Made by a program: the position numbers and the translations under genes
In this document: positions 1-10,674 of the stretch, one piece after another
Layout of the letters: each line of letters opens with the position of its first letter
Position numbering within the stretch: position 1 is the first letter of the stretch
The notes under the pieces: model-generated
Told to the model about the DNA's origin: nothing
Seen by the model: the letters and a program-made list of their open reading frames with translations, nothing else
The model's database searches: none
Assembly (NCBI RefSeq): GCF_004010195.1
Contig: NC_057718.1
Coordinates: forward strand, 105,634,907-105,654,906
Length of the DNA: 20,000 nucleotides
Direction of reading: 5' to 3'
DNA from: Chiloscyllium plagiosum
Lineage: Eukaryota

Positions 1-146
1 GTCTTTGATTGATGTAATCTCTCTTTTTTTTTAAACTTCCCTTGTACGTTCTGCTGATCAAATACTATCTGCGCATATATCCACTTTGTAGTTCAGAGGG
101 GAGTTCTCCATCTGCCACCAACAGCCTGAATCCCAGATACTTTCTT

Positions 147-282
147 GGAGAAAATTACTGCAGATGCGGGAATCTGTATGAAAACAACAAATTGTGGAGA
201 TCACAGTAGGTCAGACAGCATCCATGGAGAGAAAGCGAGCTAATGTTTTGAGTGTAGATGACTTTTCATCAGAGCTGAAGTG
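147..282 (-). mobile_element. Penelope-like element terminal repeat (pLTR) fragment with decayed hammerhead motif (238-276)
   Basis: Minus strand reads AGCT-CTGATGA-A-AAGTC-ATCTA-CACTC-AAAA-CATT-AGCT followed by ...GGATGCTGTCTGACCTACTGTGATCTCC..., the same layout as the other pLTR copies in the window. Confidence 0.7.
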
Positions 283-522
283 ATATTGTCTATCTGCTCA
301 GCTTTGAAAACAATTTCTCTCATCTTTTCCCCTTTTCTTTATTCATTCTATACTATCTGTCTCTGTCTGCTGTAGAAGATAGAACATTAAGCGCAGTACA
401 GGCCCTTCAGCCCTCGATGCTGCGCTGGCCTGTGAAACCAATCTGAAGCCCATCTAACTTACACAATTCCATTCGCATCCATATGTTTGTCCAACGACTA
501 TTTAAATGCCCTTAAAGTTGGC

Positions 523-632
523 TAGGAGAAAGTGAGGACTGCAGATATTCATTAGGAAGCCCAAACTGTCGATTCTCCTGCTCCTCAGATGCTGCCCTGA
601 CCTGCTGTGCATTTGCAGCACCACACACTCGA
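523..632. mobile_element. Short rearranged Penelope pLTR insertion inside the CR1 3' end
   Basis: TAGGAGAAAGTGAGGACTGCAGAT (pLTR end, minus orientation) is joined to GTCGATTCTCCTGCTCCTCAGATGCTGCC... (plus orientation). Flanked by a 12-bp direct repeat CTTAA(A/C)GTTGGC at 511-522 and 633-644. Confidence 0.75.
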
Positions 633-1668
633 CTTAACGTTGGCGGGCCTATGATTGTTACAGGCAGGGTGTTCCATGCCCCTACTACTCTCCAAGTAAA
701 AAATCTACTTCTGACATCTGTCCTATATCTATCATCCCTCAATTTAAAGCTATAACTCCTCGTGCTAGCCATCACCATCCGAGGAAAATGCTCTCACTGT
801 CAACCTGATCTAATCTTCTGATCATCTCGTATGTCTCTATTAAGTCACCTCTCAACCTTCTTCTCTGTAATGAAAACAGCCTAAAGTCCCTCAGCCTTTC
901 CTCATAAGACTTTTCTCCATACCAGGCAACAGTCTAGTAAATCTCCTCTGAATCCTTTCCAAAGCTTTCACATCCTTCCTAAAATGTGGTGGCCAGAACT
1001 GTACACAATACTCAAAGTGCGGCTGCACCAGATGTTTGTACACCTGCAACATGACCTCATAGTTCTGAAACTCAATCCTTCTACCTAAACGAGCTAACAC
1101 ACCATATGCCTTCTTAACAACCCTATCAGCCTGGGTGGCAACTTTCAAGAATCTATGCACACCGAGATCTCTCTGTTCATAGCCCAGTATTCTGTATTAG
1201 TGTTACTCATTCTAAAGTGAATCACCTCACACTTTTCCACATTAAACTCCATTTGCCACCTCTCAGCCCAGCTCTGCAGCTTATCTATGCCCCTCTGTAA
1301 CCTGCAACATCCTTCTGCACTGTCCACAAAGCGTCACCTGCAAATTTACTAACCCATCCTTCTACGCCACTTTAACACCCCACCCTAAACAATGGTGGAC
1401 CCAAAACAGATCCTTGCGGTACCCCACTAGTAAATGAACTCCGGGATGAGCATTTCCCAACAACCACCACCCTCTGTCTTCTTACAGCTAGCCAATTTCT
1501 GACCCAAACCACTACATCACTCTGAGTCCCATGCCTCTGTATTTTCTGCAACAGCCCACCATGGGGAACCTTATCAAACGCCTTACTGAAATCCATATAT
1601 ACCACATCAACCGCTTTACCCTCATCCACCTATTTGGTCACCTTCTCAAAGAACTCAACAAAGTTTGT

Positions 1669-1982
1669 GGGTGGCACAGTAGCACAGTGGTTAGCACTGC
1701 TGCCTCACAGCGCTTGAGACCCGGGTTCAATTCCCGCCTCAGGCAACTGACTGTGTGGAGTTTGCACATTCTCCCCGTGTCTGCGTGGGTTTCCTCCGGG
1801 TGCTCCGGTTTCCTCCCACAGTCCAAAGATGTGCAGGTTAGGTGAATTGACCATGCTAAATTGCTATAGTGTTAGGTAAGGGGTAAATGTAGGGGTATGG
1901 GTGGGTTGCGCTTCGGCGGGTCGGTGTGGACTTGTTGGGCTAAAGGGCCTGTTTCCACACTGTAATGTAATCTAAAAAAAAA
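1669..1982 (+). mobile_element. tRNA-derived V-SINE (HE1-like elasmobranch SINE), full length, inserted in CR1
   Basis: A-box-like TAGCACAGTGG, B-box GGTTCAATTCC, V-domain GTGTGGAGTTTGCACATTCTCCCCGTGTCTGCGTGGGTTTCCTCCGGG, CR1-like tail GGGCCTGTTTCCACACTGTAA..TCTAA(A)n. It splits the CR1 RT between the QHCFVK and LLSSLRR segments. Confidence 0.92.
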
Positions 1983-2959
1983 CCTACCTTCACAAAACAG
2001 TGCTGACTATTCCAAATCAAATTTTTCCTTTCTAGATGATTACAAATGCTATCTATTACAATCTGTTCCAAAACTTTGCCCACAACAGAAGTAAGGCTCA
2101 CTGGTCTATAATTACCAGGGTTGTCTTTACTCCCCTTCTTGAACAAGGGAACATTTGCTATCCTCCACCTTCCGGCACTATTCCTGTAGACAATGACGAC
2201 AATAAAGAGCAAAGCCAAAGGCTCTGCAATCTCTTCCCTCAATTCCCAGACAATCCTAGGATAAATCCCATTCAGCCCAAATGACTTATCCATTTTCACA
2301 CTTTCCAGAATTACTAACACCTCCTCCTAATAAGCCTCATCCCATCTACTCTAATAGCCTGTATCTCAGTATCTCCTCAACAACAGTCTTTTTCCTGCTT
2401 GAATACTGATGAAAAATATTCATTTAGAGCCTCCCCTATCACCTCTGACTCTATGCACAACTTCCCACTGCTGTCCTTGATTGGGCCTAATCTTACTCTA
2501 GTCATTCTATAGGTATGTCAGGACTAAAATAAAGTTTTAGGGTTTCCTTGATCCTATCTGCCAAAGACTTCTCACGTCCCCTCCTGGCTCTTCTTAGCTC
2601 TCTCTTTAGGTTCTTCCTGGCTAACCGTAACTCTCAAACACCCTAACTGAGACTTCACACCCTCATCTTTACATAAGCCTCCTTCTTCCTCTTGACAAGA
2701 GATTCAATTCTTTAGTAAACCATGGTTTCCTCACTCGACCATTTCCTGCCTGCCGGGCAGGTACGTACTTATCAACAACACACTGTAGCTGCTCCTTGAA
2801 CAAGCTCCACTTTCAATTGTGCCCATCCCCTGCAGTTTCCTTCCCCATCCTATGCATCGTAAATCTTGCCTAATCGCATCATAATTGCCTTTCCCATGCT
2901 ATAACTCTTGCAATATCTACCTATCCTTTTCCACCCGTAAAGTAAACACAATAAAAATG

Positions 2960-3030
2960 GTAGAACATAGAATATAGAAAAGTACAGACAGAACAGGCCT
3001 TTTGGCCCACGACGTGCCAAGGATTAATCC
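2960..3030 (-). mobile_element. Severely 5'-truncated CR1/SINE 3' tail nested in CR1
   Basis: TAGAACATAGAATATAGAAAAGTACAGACAGAACAGGCCTTTTGGCCCACGA resembles the CR1 3' terminus seen at 15410-15465. Confidence 0.7.
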
Positions 3031-3054
3031 TAAAAAATTGTGGTCACTATTACC

Positions 3055-3468
3055 TGCAACAACTATTTCTGTCCCTGCTCTATGTCTCCAAAATGGCTTT
3101 TCCAGCAACACATTTTTCAGCTCTGATCTCCAGCATCTGCAGTTCTCACTTTCTTCTAGTTGATTTTAACCTACTGCGAATCCTCTTGCAAGGACGCCTT
3201 CCTTGAAGAAGGTCTCTTCCTCCCTCTACAAGGATTTCAGTGAGTCCCTCTCTCACTGCACCCCCCAGGTCATCTCCTCTGCCCTGAAGCTCTTCAGCCA
3301 CGTCCTCAAATAGACTCGCTACCACAGCCACATCTCCATTCCTGAAGAAGGGCTTATGCCCAAAACATTGATTCTCCTGCTCCTTGGATGCTGCCTGACC
3401 TGCTGCACTTTTCCAGCAACACATTTTTCAGCTCTGATCTCCAGCATCTGCAGTCCTCATTTTCTCCT
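3055..3468 (+). mobile_element. Internally deleted Penelope-like insertion (partial pLTR + ORF 5' end + pLTR) with 9-bp TSD
   Basis: TSD ACTATTACC at 3046-3054 and 3469-3477. Direct repeat 3097-~3158 / 3408-3469. Decayed ORF start at 3194 (TPSLKKVSSSLYKDFSESLSHCTPQVISSALKLFSHVLK*TRYHSHIS). Decayed hammerhead at 3338-3373. Confidence 0.8.
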
Positions 3469-5068
3469 ACTATTACCAAAGTGCTCACTTACACTCAATT
3501 CTAACACCTGGCCTGGTTCATTATCCAGTACCAAATCCAATGTGGCCTTGCCTCTTGTTGGCCTATCTATATACTGTGTCAGGAAACCGTCCTGCACACA
3601 TTGGACAAAAACTGACCCATCTAAAGTACTTGAATGATAGCATCTCCAGTAAATTTAAGAAATTAAAGTCCCCCATAACAACTACCCTTTTTTTCTCACT
3701 TCTATCCAGAATCATCTTTGCAATCCTTTCCTCTGCATCTCTGGAACTTTTCAGAGGCCTATAGAAAACTCCCAACAGGGTGACCTCTCCTTTTCTGTTT
3801 CTAACCTCAGCCCACACTACCTCGCAGTCGAGTCCTCATCAAATGTCCTTTCTGCCACCGTAATACTGTCATTGACTAGCAATACCATATCTCCCCCTCC
3901 TACTGAAACATCTAAACCCCAGAACCTGCAACAACCATTTCTGTCCCTGCTCTATGTCTCCAAAATGGCTACAACATTGAAGTCCCAGGTATCAATCCAC
4001 GCTGCAGGTTCACCTACCTTATTCCAGATGCTCCTGGTTTTGAAGCAGACACTTTTCAAACCACCTTCCTGCTTGCCGGTACACTCTTGCGACCTTGGGA
4101 CCTTATTTATGACCTTACTACTCTCAATCTCCTGTACACTGGAACTACAATTCAGGTTCCCATCCTCCTGCTGAATTAGTTTAAACACTCCTGAAGAGCA
4201 TTAGCCAATTCCCCCACCCCCCAGGATATTGGTACCCCTCTGGTTCAGGTGTAGACCATCCTATTTGTAGATGTGCCACCCACCCCAAGTGCATTTAAGG
4301 GACACAAAAAGAAAGCTGGAGGTTCTTTAGCCAGAACCTGCATATATCTGAGCTGTTGTCATATTTAGAAGAAAGGTCCAAATTTCTTTTTGTGAGTGGT
4401 AGTGACTGACAATTCTAATCTTTTACATGTAAGATGGAATCCTAATTAAGCAATTTTATCTGTTTACATTGCAGATGTTCTGCAGAGACATAGAGTCTGT
4501 TGGTGATCAGAGATTAGCAGGTTGGATAAAAGATGGTGCCTGGAGTCCAGGAAATAACATCCGTGCATGATGTTTATCAGAAACGTTCCTACTTTAAGCA
4601 AGATTCTTCCTTCTCCCAAGTGCTTCAATTTCTAAGTCCAGTCTCCTACTGACCATTGATATCCTTCACCTTTTGCAGTAGCAGATGCTCCTGGGCAAAT
4701 CTCAACTCCTTTTACTGTATTACAGCAGCTAAAGTTCAAAGCAGCCACCTGTATTATGCCCCCAGTGACCAGGTATCGAAGGGTAAAGTCTGTCTGGATA
4801 TCTGTTCAGGCTGAGAATCTGTGCTGGCCCCAAACTGTTGGCCTGTAAAGATCTATCCAGCGAGTGTAGAAAATAACTATTCTCAAGAAATAGTTCTCAG
4901 AAAAGCACAAATGATTATATGGAAATTATCAGAAATAGATAAAAACATTGGATTAATGCTATTGGGTACATAATGCACACTGATATCCTCTGCCAGTACA
5001 TTTATTTGAAAATTAACAGATGATTAAATGGGAAGAAAGTACCAAATAAAAGATCAGGAGTATTCAAT

Positions 5069-5071
5069 TAT

Positions 5072-5102
<31 letters not shown>
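5069..5102. repeat. (TA)n microsatellite, one interruption
   Basis: TATATATATATATAATATATATATATATATATAT read directly. Confidence 0.95.
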
Positions 5103-6409
5103 GACTGAATACTCAAAGTGCCTTTACGTCTAGATGAACTAATGTGTAATATTAAAATATTTAAAAACAATTGCCCATTAGTTTAAAACAAATGCATTGT
5201 CTTTAATTGGGATACCTGGCTTGTAAACTGTAAAATTACAGTTTGCTTTCGACATTCTGTTCATACTTTTAATGACAGTGTGCAGACATTGAACAATTTA
5301 TACACAAACTTTAATACTTATGTAACTAGTACAAATATTTATTTGTCCTTATTTTTGATGGCATTATTAAATCACTGTCTGAAAAACTGTATTTTTTTCC
5401 ACCCAATTCACTATAATACTTTCGTGCCCTCTATAATATGCCCTTGTCGATTTTATTATATGGTGCAACCCTCCTCTTGGAATATCAACTATACTTCAAC
5501 AATACCGTTTAACATTATCACCCACCAAACAGCCTGTGTGTCTGAAATAGAATAGGTTTCATTTATGTAAGAAAAAATGAAGCTGGAGATAAAAGTTCCG
5601 ATTCTGAATTTATATCACAAGGAAGCAGAACACTTTAATCATACATTTTAACTGTAATCTTCAAATAATGCATTTCAAAGACTGTATGCAGTCTTGCATA
5701 AAAGCAAAGATTAACCAAACATACCTTTTAAAAGGAACAAAATTAGACTTAAACTTGCAGGTAAAATGAAATGCCACTTACCACTGCTTTCGGTTTTCAT
5801 TTGCGTTTTGCACCACAATTTTGCAACTGTAGGTTTTATTGACTATTTCAACCAGTATTTGGTTGTAAAATATGACATTTTTCTGTGCAGCACTCCCAAA
5901 TTTACAAACCTGATAAAGCATCAAATGTTGCCACTACAAACAATTCCTATTCTCACCTGCTTGTATTTATTTTATTGATACATTCTGCAATTTTGTGTTT
6001 TAAATTCATGACTTAATTACTCAATGCTTAAAAATGTTAAGTGTTCATCATGTAGAATGTCATTCTGTTTCTAGGTAACCCGACTCACTTATCTTGTGAG
6101 TAGCTGACCAGGAAAGGTTCAGTTTGAACCCCAACCTATGCAGTGTTACAGCAGGACATTGCACCCAGATTGGCCTCAGCAAATTCAACAGGATCCCTGC
6201 TTCTGATCAGCACCAATTGTGGAAAATGCATGTAAATTAATACACAGGAAGGCCAGGATTAAATTCGGCTGTGTCACCTTAATATATTGCTGCCATCCAC
6301 TGTCAAGGTTCACATCTGAATTATATCTGACTTGAGACCTTAACTGCATCTTTCCATAGAAGCCACCCAACTGGCTGAGCCATGTTGTCTCGAAGTAGTT
6401 AGTGACTGT

Positions 6410-6520
6410 GGACAAACAGGAGGCTGGAAGAACATAGCAAGCCAGGCAGCATCAGGAGGTGGAGAAGTCAACATTTTGAGTATTACCCCTTCTTCAGGAC
6501 TAAATGTGGGGGTGGGGGGC
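6410..6520 (-). mobile_element. Penelope-like pLTR fragment with decayed hammerhead (6466-6501)
   Basis: Minus strand: AGTC-CTGAAGA-AG-GGGT-AAT-ACTC-AAAA-TGTT-GACT then TCTCCACCTCCTGATGCTGCCTGGCTTGCTATGTTCTTCCAGC. Confidence 0.75.
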
Positions 6521-7042
6521 ACTACAATGACTGTGTTTTTCTGCGCAGGACCTGCTAAAGGTTAAATATCATACAGGCAAAAGGATTTAAATGCATTAAA
6601 ATTTGAAGAAAAGGAGTTCTTGCCTAACATCTTACACAACACAAAGTCCCTACATTTTTCAGGGAACATTGATGCCTAGTTTCTTCAACATCTTTGTTTT
6701 TACTGTGTCTGAGATATCGCTCCTGAGTAAAATTGCTGAGATCTATGGAGCTCCTTAGAGATACAGCCACCTGTTGCAGTCCCCTCTTTCTCTTAATGCT
6801 GTCTTACTCACTTGCCAGTAGAGGCAGTTCTGCTAGACCACACATGACTGCAGCCAAGCAATGAGAGTCAGCTAATAAAAATGTGACACAGAGATAACTC
6901 GCTGCTTAAACAAAGTGAACATTCCAGAGTGATAAACCACACAAGTTAATCAGCATGCTGAAATGAGAAACCAACAACTAACAGTGTAGTGATTTATTTA
7001 AATACTGTAAGTGAGGGCAATTTCTACCATCAAGCAGCCCTA

Positions 7043-7635
7043 GTCATAGAGATGTACAACACGGAAACAGACCCTTCGGTTCAACTCGTCCATGCTGACC
7101 AGATATCCTAACCTAATCTAGTCTGATTTGCCAGCACTTGGCCCAGATCTCTCTAAACCTTTCCTATTCATAAACCCATCCAGATGCCTTTTAAATGTTG
7201 TAATTGTACCAGCCTCCACCACTTACTTTGGCAGGTCATTCCATACACGCACCACTTTGTGTGAAAAAGTTGCTCCTTAGATCCATTTTAAATCTTTCCC
7301 ATCTCACCTTAAACCTATGCCCTCTAGTTCTGGACTCCCCAGCCCAGGGAAAATACCTTGTCTATTTATCCTATCCATGCCCCTCAGGATTTTACAAACC
7401 TCTTCAAGGTCACCCCTCAGTCTCAGAGGTAAAACAGCCCCAACCTATTCAGCTGCTCCCTTTAGCTCAAACCCTCCAATCCTGGCAACATCCTTGTAAA
7501 TCCTTTCCTAACCCTTTCAAGTTTCACAACATCCTTCTGATAGGAAGGTGACTAGAATTGCACACAATATTCCAAAAGTGGCCGAACCAATGCCCTGTAC
7601 AGCTGCAACGTGACCTCCCAACGCCTATATTCAGC
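7043..7635 (-). mobile_element. CR1 LINE 3' fragment (5'-truncated)
   Basis: 3' terminus GTCATAGAGATGTACAACACGGAAACAGACCCTTCGG. The minus strand encodes decayed ORF2 C-terminal motifs (LEYCVQF, RMLPGLEGLS) that parallel 376-1100. Confidence 0.9.
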
Positions 7636-7949
7636 ACATAGAGTGAAGTGTCAGGGCATTCTAAAATTGAAAACTGGCTCTGCAAGCAATACAAGATCCG
7701 CATTTAAATAAAACATTCCAATTTCTAAATGATTCCTGTATCCACTCCTGATGCAAACCTGTTCACCTAAGGCAATAAATCAAGCAGCAAACTCCTTAAT
7801 GACAAGGTTTCTATGCTTCCTGCCCACAAAAGTGTGGCCTGAGCAAGCCAGTTAACAGCCAAATGAACGACAACTGTGTACCAGATTCATAGCCCCATGT
7901 TTTGGGGAAATCAAATTTTAATAACATAAATAATTTAGTTTAAATCATT

Positions 7950-8070
7950 TTCTGTGGCTAAATGGGGAGTAGGGGAGAAATTGATAGTAATAAGAATGCA
8001 GAGTTTGTACAGCGGGTGGCAAAGATGATGACTTCAGATTTCTCCATTTTAACTGGAAATTGCAGCCATA
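7950..8070 (-). mobile_element. Ancient L2-like LINE fragment
   Basis: Minus strand TGCAATTTCCAGTTAAAATGGAGAAATCTGAAGTCATCATCTTT resembles the L2 RT motif NFLQLNxxKTEVIIF (frameshifted). Confidence 0.4.
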
Positions 8071-8622
8071 CGAATACTCAACATCAGACAAGTACAACAG
8101 TAGAGTGGATGCAAAAGACTGAAGTTAAATTATATTCTTTAAAATAAATGTTTGGAATTTTAATGGCTTAACAGCTTGGTGATGAACAGGGGTCTCTGTA
8201 ATACAACATTGACTATCCCACTGAAGTGGAAAATCTTGAAACTAGTGAGGCAGTTGGTTATTTTATATAAAAAGCTAATAGCATAAACCATGTCATGTTC
8301 CAGCCTGGGAAAAGCAGTTACAGACCTTTAGTTGAGGTACATTTCGTTGTAATTCTCGAGAAAATCAGCCTTTCCAGAGCACACAGTTTGCAAGCATTTT
8401 AACAAAACCCTCTCCTCCATATCCCTGCCAAAAGGTGTAACATATTCTGATAGAATTTAACAACCTGCTCTCTGTTTGGAGAAGCAAAGAACTCAGATGC
8501 CACAAAAATTAAATTTAGGACATTCAATTACTCCATGTTAGCAATACAGTAACACGTTGCACGTGAAACACTATAACATTCCTAAAGTAGCTAGTTTCCA
8601 AAAAAGAGCTAATTAGGGACCA

Positions 8623-8720
8623 GAGCTGAAAATGTGTTGCTGGAAAAGCGCAGCAGGTCAGGCAGCATCCAGGGAACAGGAGAATCGACGTTTCGGGCAT
8701 AAGCCCTTCTTCAGGAATCC
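8623..8720 (-). mobile_element. 98-bp solo Penelope pLTR insertion with perfect 14-bp TSD
   Basis: CTAATTAGGGACCA at 8609-8622 and 8721-8734. The interior is the reverse complement of the pLTR at 3338-3436. Confidence 0.9.
8682..8719 (-). ncRNA. Type-I minimal hammerhead ribozyme motif, intact core
   Basis: Minus strand GAUUC-CUGAAGA-A-GGGC-UUAU-GCCC-GAA-ACGU-C/GAUUC. All conserved core nucleotides are present, with GUC cleavage triplet (cut predicted between 8687 and 8686) and palindromic ACGU stem III. Confidence 0.75.
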
Positions 8721-9067
8721 CTAATTAGGGACCAAAAAGGGGATTTCTGCACAAAGTCAGAGGGCTTGGATAAGGTACTGAATGAATACTTTCTGTCTTC
8801 ACTAAGAAAATAGACACTACCAAAGCCAGAGTGACATAAGGTCGTTGAAACACTGGACAGCTCAAAATTAATTAATAGAAAAGCCTGGCTGTACTTAAAT
8901 TTACCAAGATGAGAATATCTGAAACCAAGGATACTTGGGGAAATAAGTGTGCAAATTAGAGACACACTGATCATACCATATTGCAATCCTCCTTAGGTAC
9001 GGATGGTGCCAAAAGATGGGATAATTGCACTGTTACACCAGTGTTCAAAAGATTGGTTCAAGGACAG

Positions 9068-9146
9068 ATATTTTCTAATCAAATTGTTCAGAGATGCTAT
9101 TACATGCCTCTGAAGGATATGAACCTGGGTCACCTGGCTCAGAAGG
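9068..9146 (-). mobile_element. Short tRNA-derived SINE-like fragment nested in CR1
   Basis: Reverse complement CCTTCTGAGCCAGGTGACCCAGGTTCATATCC...AATAGCATCTCTGAACAATTTGATT is similar to 9465-9541. Confidence 0.55.
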
Positions 9147-9439
9147 ATTCAACGATAAGTTAAGCAACTACAGGCCAGTGAGTTTAACCTCCGTGGTGAG
9201 GAAAATTATATAAATGTGAATTAGAACAAAATTAATAGCCATTTAGATGAGTTGAATTAATTAAGGAAAACCAATTTGGATTTGTTAAGGACTAATTGCA
9301 CTTAAGTAACTTGATTGAGTTTAGTGATAAGCATCATGCTGTTGATCTGGTGCAGATGGTCTTCCAAAATGCATTTGAAAAAGAACTACATAACAGGTAA
9401 AATGAAACCTCATGGAATAAAACGGACATCAAAGGGATT

Positions 9440-9545
9440 CTTGTAGTGCTGTGGTAGTATCCCTACCTCTGAGCCAAGAGATCTGGGCTCAAGTCCCTCC
9501 TGTTCCAGACCTGCAAAATAACATCGCTGAACAAGTTGATTTATA
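9440..9545 (+). mobile_element. Short tRNA-derived SINE nested in CR1
   Basis: A-box-like TAGTGCTGTGGTAG and B-box-like GGGCTCAAGTCC. It interrupts the CR1 RT reading. Confidence 0.6.
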
Positions 9546-10674
9546 AAGTATCTAAATTGGACATTGGATGGAAACAAAACTATCTGAGTATTGGGAAACA
9601 GAGAGTAGTGGCAAATCATTGCTTTTGGGGCTGGAGGAAGATATGAAGTGGGATTCCCCAGGATCAGAATTGGGACCATCGTTTTTCTTTATCTATATTA
9701 AATGACCTGGACATTGTTGTGAAAAGCATAAATTCAAAGGTTGAGGATGACACAGAATTTGGAAGTATAGTGAACTACAAGTAGGACAGACAGAATTCAG
9801 GAGGACATAAGTTGGTGGAAAGGGCTGACAATAAGAAGAAATTCAGTGTAGTTGTGTAAAACAACAGCCTTTCAGGAAGAATGAAGGGAGGCAATATGTA
9901 ATAAAGGGTACAACACTAAATGGTGTGGAAGCAAAGGGAATTTGAGGTATATGTACATAAATCATTGAAGGTGACACAACAGGTTGAAACTATATTAATA
10001 AGTCACATGGGATGTTAAGTTTAATAAATAGAGGCATGCAGTACAAAAATAGAGATTATGATGAGCCTTTATCAAACATTCTTGGCATGACACTTTAGGA
10101 CAAATGTCAATGCACCAGAAAAGGTACAGAAAAGATTTACAAGTATGGCTCCAGGGATGAGAGACTTCAGTTTAAAGGATACATTGGAAAAGTTAGGGCA
10201 GCTGTCCTTAGAGAAGGCGAGAGGACCTTTGATAGAAGTATTCAAAATCATAAGTATTCTCAACAGACTACAATGGGAGAAACTGGTTCTCACTTGCCCA
10301 CCAATGGGAACAGAGGACACCGATTTTAGATGAATGGCAAAAGGACCAATGGCAACATGAGAATAAACTTTTCATGCGAAAGGTTGGGATCTGCAATGTA
10401 TCATCTGACAGTGTGGTGGAGGCAGGTTTGCTTGAGTGATTAGGGTCTGGAATGTACTGCCTGAGTGTGGTGAAGATAGATTCTATCAAAATTTTCAAAA
10501 TGGGACAAGATAATTATTTGAAGAAATAAAATGAAGGGCCTCAGAGAAAGTGTGCAATCAGACTAGCTGAATTGTACTTGCAGAGAGCCAGAAGAGACAT
10601 GACAGCCCAAATGTCTTCCTTTTATGTGGTAACTATTCTAAGATTTGATATCAAAGAACAGAAACCAACATATG

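Larger units (their letters stand above)
376..4288 (-). mobile_element. CR1-clade LINE, long decayed copy (ORF1 esterase C-terminus, ORF2 endonuclease + RT, 3' tail), interrupted by nested insertions
   Basis: Minus-strand ORF pieces: VVVMGDFNF and LLGVFYRP (APE endonuclease), PGNYRPVSLTSVVGK, VYMDFSKAFDKVPH, GVPQGSVLGP, SKFAGDA (decayed FADD, ~1340), LQSWAERWQMEFN, EYCVQFW, FFTWRVVGAWNTLP. Near 4230-4275 DGLHLNQRGTNILG matches the SGNH/GDSL esterase block of CR1 ORF1. Many stops and frameshifts. Confidence 0.95.
8735..10650 (+). mobile_element. Old, highly decayed CR1 LINE (ORF2 RT half to 3' end)
   Basis: Plus-strand remnants: AACTACAGGCCAGTGAGTTTAACC (NYRPVSLT), LSNLIEF, FQNAF, GGATTCCCCAGGATCAGAATTGGGACC (GxPQGSxLGP), KVEDDT, MAPGMRDFS..LEKLG, LIEVFKI. 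Confidence 0.85.

Noticed and set aside
1669..1742. tRNA gene (also 18920-18991 and 19110-19180)
   Set aside because: The tRNA-like heads continue into the V-domain and LINE tail, so these are SINEs.
3097..3469. CRISPR-like or LTR-retrotransposon direct repeats
   Set aside because: Only two copies, no TG..CA ends or PBS, eukaryotic context. Explained by Penelope pLTRs.
6070..6350. Ancient SINE-like sequence (also 11860-11920)
   Set aside because: Only faint resemblance (GGCCTCAG..CCTGCTTCTGATCA); boundaries and family cannot be supported without a search.
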